Below, piece after piece: positions 13,771 to 23,313 of a stretch of 64,000 nt of DNA; position 1 is the first letter of the stretch, and the number at the start of each line of letters is the position of its first letter. Origin of the DNA: Eledone cirrhosa. Its lineage: Eukaryota. A program made the position numbers and the translations under genes. Where the stretch lies: NCBI GenBank assembly GCA_964016885.1, contig OZ024742.1, positions 239,630,001 through 239,694,000 of the forward strand, in the 5' to 3' direction. The notes beneath the pieces were generated by a model. The model ran no database searches. It was not told the DNA's origin and saw nothing but the letters and a program-made list of their open reading frames with translations.

Positions 13771-14799
13771 GTCAATAAAGAAAGTACCACTCCAGTGCTG
13801 GTCCTTCTCCCTCTCCTTCCAACTGTCACTTTCTGGATGCTCCACTAGATCAAAGGAAGAAGGGTTGCATGGGTACCTAAAAACATTAGTGAAAAAAACG
13901 GTACATACTACCAAGTCCTACTTGATTGTGGGTGCTGGCTGTAATTTTTAACTCATGAGTACAAATAATAAATATGATTGATGTTTAAACCAATAATTTA
14001 TTTTGCATCTTTTTTTGACATTGCAAAGACCCCTAACCTCTGATGGAGTCTTAGGAATGTTGAAACTGGTGGAGATGACCCCTCACCAGGTCTGAATACA
14101 GCCCATTTCTTATACAGAGCAAGAGAAAAGGGAAGTAAGAAAGAGATATAGAAGAATCAATCCCAGTATTAGACTGGTACTTTTTTTATTGACCTCGTAA
14201 GAAATGAAAGACAAAGTTGACCTCAACAGGATTTGAACTTGGAGTACAGAGAGCCAAAACAAATATTGCAAAGAATTCTATTCTATAACGAATCAGTCAA
14301 TTTCACTGCCATAATCCAAAAGAAGGGAAATAAGAAAGAAATATAAGGGAAGAATTGACCCTAGTACATCAGTAAGATTTGAACTCAGAGCACAGAGAGT
14401 TAGAGTTGTTAGATAATTTTACCAATTCACTGTCATTATCAGTCTCTTACTAAAACAAAAACAAATAAAACATTCTACTGTATTCCTCACCAAACCAATC
14501 TATGACTGTTAAGTAAAACTGCACTCAAGTCTTATTTTCTTTTTTTTTTTGCTTCTTCCTCCATTAACCTTTAAAACCTGAAATCTTTAAATACTTGGAA
14601 TGATGATTTTTGTTTGCTTATTTTTTAACAGCTGTTTTTCCTTCTTCAACATATTTTTTTTAAATATTTTTATATGTATTTTTTATTATTTCTTTTTCTT
14701 TTTTACTTTTTCAATCTGAAGCTTACTTAGGGTGTATGTAAATATATGTACTTATGAAGTACTTTGACAAAGTTACATGTGCATTCCAGTATATGTTTA

Positions 14800-14819
14800 A
14801 ACATACACACATACACTTT

Positions 14820-14914
<95 letters not shown>

Positions 14915-14950
14915 CATGTATATATATGTATATATATATATATATATATG

Positions 14951-15009
<59 letters not shown>

Positions 15010-15014
15010 ACATA

Positions 15015-15055
<41 letters not shown>

Positions 15056-15068
15056 ACATATGTGTGTG

Positions 15069-15101
<33 letters not shown>

Positions 15102-15172
15102 GTATACATATGTGTATATATATACATATATATATAAACATATATACATATGTGTATATACATGTATATATG

Positions 15173-15226
<54 letters not shown>
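14800..15226. repeat. (TA)n/(TG)n microsatellite
   Basis: Direct reading. Confidence 0.95.
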
Positions 15227-15228
<2 letters not shown>

Positions 15229-16444
15229 TATGCATGCAGACATAAAGCTGCAGTGGTGTAAATTACCAAATAAGGATTTTTTTTACATAACCAAGCTCAC
15301 TCATATGTACATAATGTATAGAAGTACATACAAATACACAAGCAAACCTATACACATACATATACATATATTTACTAAACACACCTCTCAGTATGGAGTC
15401 ACAGTTACATAAACCTTCAAATATGATGACAATGAATCTTGTACAAATACTAAAATCTTTATATGCATTTTTTATCATTTTCTTTTCTTTTGAATCAGCT
15501 AATCCGTTCTCTGTAACTATCTCTTAACATTCTGTGATTATTTAGCAGAAAATCTCTAAAAATGTGTTTGTTAATTTAAATGTTTATAGTATCTTTACTC
15601 TTATACTGTCAAAACTTGCAGTATAAGAGTAAAGACTTTTATTTTAATTGTGATGCAGTCACAGTAATGTTTTGTACTTTTCAAGAATGTCATGCCAATT
15701 TGATTTCATGTAGTTTGATTTATTCAAATGTTTATAGTATCTTAACTAATGGACAGATCATTATTAAAACTTGCAGTATTAGAGTAAAGACTAATTTCTA
15801 TTATGATGCAGTCAGAGTGACGCTATATAATTTTTGAAATATGGTTTTGTTAATTCAGATGTTATAGTGTCTTTACTAGTGAACAAATCATTGTGAAAAC
15901 TTGCAGTATTAGAGTAAAGACTTTAATTTTTATTGTGATGTAGTCATAGTGACGTTTCATAGTTATTAAAAATGTGGTTTTATATGGTTTGTTAATTCAG
16001 ATGTTTATAATATCTTTAGTAATGGACAGATTTTTTGTGAAAATTTGTAGAAAAATAAAGACTTAAATCTTTAATGTAACTAGCAGAAAACCACCTGAAG
16101 GGTGGTTTTCTGCTAGCATGTGTAGTGTGTATATTGATATTATATGTAAGTATATATACATGTAGATATGATACATCAAATAAAATCGTAATTGACAATA
16201 TACACAAAAATTGAATGAAGACTGTGTTACACTGTCTTATGTAATCAGTAACGTAATCCATGATACATTAAAACTGCATTAGTAGAAAATTAGTGACAGA
16301 AAATTAATATGTTTATTTAAGCGATAACCACCGGAAGTGTTGACATTTGAAAATTTTAAAGAAGTGAATCTTTAAATAAATAATAAAATATATTTAATGA
16401 ACAGCCACAAAATTTAGTAGATAAATTATGTAATATTCATTCAT

Positions 16445-16630
16445 TGGATTGGCAGTATCGGTAGAGGATCGGATGCCATGCTTTGAAGCATAGAGTTACC
16501 TCCCTGTATGATCTGAGTTCAAATCCCGCCGAGGTTAACTTTGCCTTTCATCCTTCCGGGGTCGATAGAATAAAGTACCAGTAATGCATTGGGTAATTGC
16601 TGGCCTTGTGCCAAAAGTAGAAACAATTAT
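16445..16630 (+). mobile_element. tRNA-derived SINE, abundant family (MetaSINE-like central motif)
   Basis: A-box-like TGGCAGTATCGG, B-box GAGTTCAAATCC, then GTTAACTTTGCCTTTCATCCTTCCGGGGTCGATAGAATAAAGTACCAG. Related copies near 12080-12200, 14150-14310, 20590-20780, 33345-33470, 34120-34270, 54210-54360, 57400-57600, 57855-58080. Confidence 0.8.
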
Positions 16631-16774
16631 TTATTCAATTATTTACTAATGGGATAAAAAATTATAAACCGTACGCAGTCCCGCGCTTCTTACTTTATTA
16701 TAGTTTAGATGCAATCATAGTGTTGTTTTCTACTTTAAAAAAAAAATTTTTTATCTGTTTTTTAATTGCTGAAA

Positions 16775-16905
16775 CTCACGGAGGAGATGACGAAGGACCG
16801 TGACAAGTGGAGACATGCTGTGCTGAATAGGACCCATCCCACCCTTGCAAGCAGGGAAAAGTGGACGTAAAATGATGATGATGATGATGATGATGATGAC
16901 GATGA
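16775..16905 (+). mobile_element. RTE LINE 3' terminal fragment with (GAT)n tail
   Basis: Reverse complement of about 5414-5520 (CCCACCCTTGCAAGCAGGGAA...GGACGTAAAATGATGATG). Confidence 0.8.
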
Positions 16906-17016
16906 TTTATATGCAGGACAGGAGGTGAAGAGTTAAACGCTATTTGTCTGTCACCCCTATATGTCATAACAGAACATTTAGTTTTCATTTCTAATGTTTC
17001 TGGATTATCCAAGCCT

Positions 17017-17410
17017 ATCATCATCATCATCATCATTATTTTACGTCCGCTTTTCCCTGCTTGCAAGGGTGGGACGGGAACTGGTTCTGGCTTGATTTCT
17101 ACAGCTGGATGCCCTTCCTAACACCAACCTCATTTACAGTGAGTGCTGGGGGCTTTTTTTCCGCGGCGCTTACAAGTCCACTTTACAGTGTGGGCTGGGT
17201 GTTTTTTTGCCGTGGCACCTCCTCGACCACTTTGCAGTGGAATGATAGGGACCCCAGTCCCTATCACCTCATTTCTACAGCTAAGTAAACTGGAGCAATG
17301 TGAAATAAAGTGTCTTGCTCAAGGACACAACACATCACCCGGTCTGAGAATTGAACTCACAACCTTTCGATTGCAAGGCCAATGCTCTAACCACTAAGTC
17401 ATGTGCCTCC
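17017..17410 (-). mobile_element. tRNA-derived CORE-like SINE with RTE-derived 3' tail
   Basis: Minus strand head GGAGGCACATGACTTAGTGGTTAGAGC...TTGCAATC...GAGTTCAATTC (A and B boxes), body TGTGTCCTTGAGCAAGACACTTTATTTC, tail identical to the RTE 3' end plus (GAT)n. Confidence 0.85.
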
Positions 17411-17804
17411 ATGTACAATAATAATTGAGTCCTTAACTCTTGGTGGGTTTGAATGGCTCTATACTGAAAAACAGCATATATTGGGTATGTTAAACCAGAC
17501 AGAATACAGCTGATTTCTTCTTGAGAGAGGGAGAGAGAGAGACCTTGAAAAGATGAAAGACAAAGTTAACCTTGGTGGGATTTGAACTCAGAGAGTAGTG
17601 GGACAGAACAAATATCCAGGTATTCTTAATCTGACACCCCAACAGCTCTGCTAATTCACTGCTTGAAATACAATAAATAAAGGATTTTATCAATACTATT
17701 TAGAATCAGAGTACATAAGCATCCTTTTGGGATCTTGTTCCCATGCACCTTTGATGAGTTGTAGTACATCTGATCACTGTGCACAATAATTTTCATTATT
17801 ATTG

Positions 17805-18200
17805 ATTGGCAGTAGATTGCGGTGGATTGGCAGTATCGGTAGAGGGTCGGACGCCATGCTTTGACGCACAGAGTTACGGCCCTTGCCATTCTGAGTTCAA
17901 ATCCTGCCGAGGTTAACTTTGCCTTTCATCCTTACGGGGTCGATAAAATAAAGTACCAGTAATGCACTGGGTAATTGCTGGCCTTGTGCAAAAAGTAGAA
18001 ACAATTATTATTGATTGGCAGCATTGGTAGAGGGTCGGACGCCATGGTTTGCATCATAGAGTTACGACCCCTTTACAATCTGAGTTCAAATCCCGTCGAG
18101 GTTAACTTTGCCTTTCATCCTTACGGAGTCGATGAAATAAAGTACCAGTAATGCATTGGGGTAATTGCTGGCATTGTGCCAAACGTAAAAACAATTATTA
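17805..18200 (+). mobile_element. Two head-to-tail SINE copies (same family as 16445-16630)
   Basis: Two ~190-bp units, each GATTGGCAG...GAGTTCAAATCC...CTTTGCCTTTCATCCTTACGG...GTAATTGCTGGC. Confidence 0.85.
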
Positions 18201-18524
18201 TATATTACTAAATCTCTTTGAATTCTTAATTATTTAAAATAATTATTTGAGAACCATAGGAAGTGTCTTTCATTAGAGATATGATAATGAAAGGGTTAAT
18301 GTTCCTATAAAACATCTCCGATATTATTGGACGTATTATAGACGGCGAAGATTATGAAAATTCGGTTATCTTCAAGGTTACCTTAAAACACTGGTGATGG
18401 TTTACAGAATCAATGAACTACACTCTTGATGTTTCAGGTAGTCTATTGATTTATTATATGTTACAATACAATAATGGTTCTAGATAGCGCTGTATGCGTT
18501 ATATAATATAATCAATCAGAATTA

Positions 18525-18588
<64 letters not shown>

Positions 18589-18639
18589 TATATATAAATT
18601 ATATATATATTTTTATACATGTATATGTGTATATATATA

Positions 18640-18701
<62 letters not shown>

Positions 18702-18747
18702 TATATTATATCATATATATATAAATTATATATATATTTATATATGT

Positions 18748-19246
18748 ACTATCAGTGGTACCCAGCGTTGCACATGATAAGATATTTTGGAACGCGGGCC
18801 GCCAATAGACCTAAAAACTGCATGCCTGGACAATATGTAAAGAAAATAAACCGAATACTCTGATGGCTGGATAATCTTTAAGATTTTCCTCGATGAAGCA
18901 GGAAAAAGGCAGGTTTTCACCTAATGCGGGCCCTAGGGAATCAAGAAAATGAATTTTTTTATGTGCATAATATGCCTTGAAATTTCGGGAAAATCGGCTA
19001 GACGTAACGCCTCCAAAAAGCCCTAAGAAGCTGAAAAAATGAAGTTTTTCACCTAATGCGGGCCCTAGGCCATCAGAAAGTTGGATTTTCTTTGCTTACG
19101 GTATGAAGAAGAGACTGACTAATACATAGTTACAATTTCAAGGAAATCGGTCTGACGTAACGCCTCAAAAAACCCCTAAAAATGTTAAACAACGCAGTTT
19201 TTCACCTAATGCGATAAAAAAAAAGTTGAATTTTCCTATGTGCATA
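18748..19246 (-). mobile_element. 3' half of a non-autonomous Helitron, cut off by the retrozyme array
   Basis: Reverse complement of about 30250-30766 (ORFs 18738..18920 and 30595..30870 share MKTCLFPASSR); 3' terminus TGCAACGCTGGGTACCACTGATAG, with CTAG mutated. Confidence 0.85.
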
Positions 19247-19250
19247 ATAT

Positions 19251-19293
19251 GTAGTCCTGATGATTTCTAACAAGAATGAAACGCGTAGATTAC
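19251..19293 (+). ncRNA. Minimal type I hammerhead ribozyme, copy 1 of 4
   Basis: GTAGTC-CTGATGA-t-TTCT-aaca-AGAA-t-GAAAC-GC-GTA/GATTAC: 6-bp stem I (one G-U), intact core, 4-bp stem II, palindromic ACGCGT stem III, predicted cleavage after 19287. Confidence 0.9.
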
Positions 19294-19558
19294 TTCCCTT
19301 GCTTTTATCGAGAATCTAATTGTAATACGTGACGTATTATTCTATAGCGATTAGGTCTTCAAAATGTTTATTATAAACATACAGAATATTTTCGAATATT
19401 CTATGTCTATATTCACATATATATCGCTATTTCAGAGCATTTATTCCAATTTCTAATTTCTGCCGGACCGGCAACCGCTCTTTCAAACCAGTTCCTGTAC
19501 ACAGCTAAGTATTCTATAAGTCTCTAGCTGTGTCATTCTCGATAAAAGCACTGGATAT

Positions 19559-19601
19559 GTAGTCCTGATGATTTCTAACAAGAATGAAACGCGTAGATTA
19601 C
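19559..19601 (+). ncRNA. Minimal type I hammerhead ribozyme, copy 2 of 4
   Basis: Same sequence as copy 1; predicted cleavage after 19595. Confidence 0.9.
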
Positions 19602-19866
19602 TTCCCTTGCTTTTATCGAGAATCTAATTGTAATACGTGACGTATTATTCTATAGCGATTAGGTCTTCAAAATGTTTATTATAAACATACAGAATATTTT
19701 CGAATATTCTATGTCTATATTCACATATATATCGCTATTTCAGAGCATTTATTCCAATTTCTAATTTCTGCCGGACCGGCAACCGCTCTTTCAAACCAGT
19801 TCCTGTACACAGCTAAGTATTCTATAAGTCTCTAGCTGTGTCATTCTCGATAAAAGCACTGGATAT

Positions 19867-19909
19867 GTAGTCCTGATGATTTCTAACAAGAATGAAACGC
19901 GTAGATTAC
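19867..19909 (+). ncRNA. Minimal type I hammerhead ribozyme, copy 3 of 4
   Basis: Same sequence as copy 1; predicted cleavage after 19903. Confidence 0.9.
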
Positions 19910-20174
19910 TTCCCTTGCTTTTATCGAGAATCTAATTGTAATACGTGACGTATTATTCTATAGCGATTAGGTCTTCAAAATGTTTATTATAAACATACAG
20001 AATATTTTCGAATATTCTATGTCTATATTCACATATATATCGCTATTTCAGAGCATTTATTCCAATTTCTAATTTCTGCCGGACCGGCAACCGCTCTTTC
20101 AAACCAGTTCCTGTACACAGCTAAGTATTCTATAAGTCTCTAGCTGTGTCATTCTCGATAAAAGCACTGGATAT

Positions 20175-20217
20175 GTAGTCCTGATGATTTCTAACAAGAA
20201 TGAAACGCGTAGATTAC
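20175..20217 (+). ncRNA. Minimal type I hammerhead ribozyme, copy 4 of 4
   Basis: Same sequence as copy 1; predicted cleavage after 20211. Confidence 0.9.
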
Positions 20218-21121
20218 TTCCCTTGCTTTTATCGAGAATCTAATTGTAATACGTGACGTATTATTCTATAGCGATTAGGTCTTCAAAATGTTTATTATAA
20301 ACATACAGAATATTTTCGAATATTCTATGTCTATATTCACATATATATCGCTATTTCAGAGCATTTATTCCAATATATATATATATATTACACACACAGA
20401 AATGTATATATATTTCTGTGTATGTATATATATATATATTACACACACAGAAATGTATATATATTTCTTAGAACAAAATTATTATTAATGTTTTGCTGTT
20501 CATAACAATTGGAATTGAAAAATTACTTTTGAAATTATTAGTTATTTTACTAATGCTTAGATATGTAAAAATGAAACAATCTTTCTAATAATTGTTTCTA
20601 CTTTTGGCACAAGGCCAGCAATTACCCAGTACATTACTGGTACTTTATTTTATCGACCCCGTGAGGATGAAAGGCAAAGTTAACCTCGGCGGTATTTGAA
20701 CTCAGACCGTAAAGGGACGTAACTCCATGCTATGAAGCATGGTGTCCGACTCTCTACAGATTCTGCCAATCCACCGCCCTAATCTCTGTACGTAATGAGG
20801 GAGTGAGAGGGGAGAGAAAGAAAGGCAGAGGTGAAGTGACGAAGTGACTCTCTCCTCTTCCTCCTCCATCTCCCCATTCGTCACAGCGATAGAGGGGAGG
20901 AATGTTAGTGTGTTACAAAGAGAAAGAGTGAGAGTGAGAGAAACAAACAGACTAAAAGAGAGGGATAGCTGGAGAGAGAGAGAGAGATATATCAACAGAT
21001 ACAGTACAGTAGCTAAGGGATGTATATATATTTCTGTGTGTATATATATATACATTTCTGTGTGTGTAATATATATATATATACATACAGAAATATATAT
21101 ACATTTCTGTGTGTGTATATA

Positions 21122-21325
21122 TCATCATCATCATCATCATCATCGTTTAACGTCCGTGTTCCACGCTTGCATGGGTCTGGACGGGAGTTTTCCCACTTGA
21201 GGCAAGAGTGATTGTCTTGCTCGCATAGGACTGTCTGGCGGGTTTTCTACAGCTGGATGCCCTTCCTAACACCAACCACATTTACAGTGTGGGTCTGGGA
21301 GGTTTTTACCGTGTTGCCTACACGG

Positions 21326-21328
<3 letters not shown>
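21122..21328 (-). mobile_element. RTE LINE 3' UTR fragment
   Basis: Near-identical to 23315-23520, including the (CAT)n tail. Confidence 0.85.
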
Positions 21329-21380
<52 letters not shown>

Positions 21381-21406
21381 CACACACAGAAATGTATATA
21401 TATTTC

Positions 21407-21437
<31 letters not shown>

Positions 21438-21651
21438 TACACACAAGACAGAGAAATTGCTGGTTATATATTATAAGGAGATATGTGTATGCGTATATAT
21501 ATATAATATATATTATATCATAAATATAAATTATATATATATATCTATACATATATATATATACATATATATCTATATATGTATATGTGTGTATATATAT
21601 TTTTTCACCCCCTCCCCCGTCCCCTCAATCTATCTTATTTCTCATTCTTTA

Positions 21652-21690
21652 TTCTGATAAATGACTAGCGTCTGAAACGTTAAGACCCTC
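21652..21690 (+). ncRNA. Degenerate minimal hammerhead in a Penelope-type pLTR fragment
   Basis: CTGATAA-at-GAC-tagc-GTC-t-GAAAC-GTTA; core has G>A, so probably inactive. Confidence 0.45.
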
Positions 21691-21777
21691 TTCCTGTTAT
21701 ATCAAGCGTTAACCTAATATATCCCTTCCATATATTGTACCGATTGTGTTGTTATTTCTGTTTACCTTTTAGATACA

Positions 21778-23163
21778 TCTATAGATATATATATAAAACT
21801 GAAATTGTCTGTGTGTGTGTCCTAATTTTTGCAAAGTCTATACAAATCCACATTTCTACTCCGATTGACTTCAAACTTGCATTTATATATTCCTTGCGGT
21901 CTAAAGATATTAACTGCAGCTTTTATTTTTCAATTTTCTGTTGTTAAAGGCGCCGGTTATCGATCTCTCTGTCTTTTTAGATAGATACATAGCTATAACG
22001 ACGCGCCCTTATAATATCTGTATGTATGTCTGGCTGTCTGCGTTACGACATTATGACAAACATTGTTCTCATTGATGTCGTATTTTCTTCACTATTTTCC
22101 GTTCATTGCCAGGGAACGTCTTCATGAACCAAAGTATCGTTTTCCTGTTTTCCTTCGGTTGCAACGTTTTTCGAAATATCTACTTCTGCGTTCACAGATT
22201 GATTTTTCTAGTTTCAGAAGATCCTGTTAAGGGTGAAAGCACACGTTGTAAGCAATGTCAATGTTACTGCTGCTACATAGGACTCCCATTGCCACTGAAC
22301 TTTCACGTTTGCGTCCTGCATTTCCATCCGCACGCCAACATGGAATGGTCTTCATAGTAGTCAGTTTATTGAGGGAGAAACAGAAGGGTCTCGAATTTTC
22401 CGTCCAAAAAACCTATTGACAATAATGAAAACCGCTAACATCAATGCAGAATGATACATTGTAGGTCGTTTTAACCCGTCTTTTATTAATAAAAAAACTT
22501 CTTGCCAATAAACATTAACCCTTTGTGCGCCATTCATCTAACTGTAGACCAACAAATACCAACTAAACGGAGCATTGACAAGAACGATGGCGAATGAATC
22601 TTTGAGGTAAGCAGTTTCCTCCCGAGCTGTTAGTTCATGTGGGATTCTCTGCTACACCTTTTCATAATAATACCGAACAACGTATTGCTGGTCACTCCTT
22701 CCTCCAAAAGCTGTACAAAGCGGACATGCGGCAGATGGATCGAGAAATTCGCAAGGGACTGCACCGAGAGGGAGAGAGAGAAAGAGTAACTTGGTGGAAA
22801 GAGGGCGAATGAACTTTTGAGGCAAGTAGCCTACGCCTTACTGCTATGACACTGGAACCTTCTGCCAACTTAACCTGCGACTTTTTCTTTCATATTTACT
22901 CCAATAGGCCAACACAGAGTGGAAACGCGGGGAGACAACTGTCACAGAAGGAGTATGAAAAGAAGGGGCTCAACAATATTTCTATGAACAATGCACGTAG
23001 ACAGCTAAACTGTACTTTCAACTTCTTAATTTTCTCCAAATAAAACAAGTTTCCTGTCAGCATATTTTCGTGAGTTTTTAACAGGCACTCACAAATAAAC
23101 GTTTCTCATTGGAGGTTCTATAACCAATGTACTTACCCATGCAACGCTGGGATACACTGCTAG
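21778..23163 (+). mobile_element. Non-autonomous Helitron
   Basis: A|TCTATAGATATATATATAAAACTG 5' end; 3' end ACCCATGCAACGCTGGGATACACTGCTAG|T; no TSD; shares TCTTTTTAGATAGATACATA...CGCGCCCTTATAATATCTG with the 29864-30766 copy. Confidence 0.8.
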
Positions 23164-23313
23164 TATATATATATATATATATATATAGATATAGATATAT
23201 ATGTAGAGGTTCTATTTAAATTGTTGGGATAAACAAGCAAATATTTGTATAACTGATATAAAGCACTCAACAAATATTTGGAGTAAAAATACGATATATT
23301 AACAAATGGAAAC

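Larger units (their letters stand above)
19247..20374 (+). mobile_element. Non-LTR retrozyme-like tandem array: 308-bp unit x ~3.7, one hammerhead per unit
   Basis: GTAGTCCTGATGA starts at 19251, 19559, 19867 and 20175 (period 308); copies look identical by eye; no credible ORF; ends in (TA)n at 20374. Confidence 0.9.

Noticed and set aside
16325-16345. CCGGAAGTG ETS-like motif as a promoter
   Set aside because: A single short motif with no supporting first exon or CpG island.
17320-17410. tRNA gene (GCA anticodon-like loop)
   Set aside because: It is the tRNA-derived head of a SINE, continuous with body and RTE tail; no proper acceptor stem seen.
19247-20374. Tandem array as CRISPR, coding repeat or plain satellite
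   Set aside because: No unique spacers, no ORF (20288..20488 is incidental), and every unit carries a complete hammerhead.
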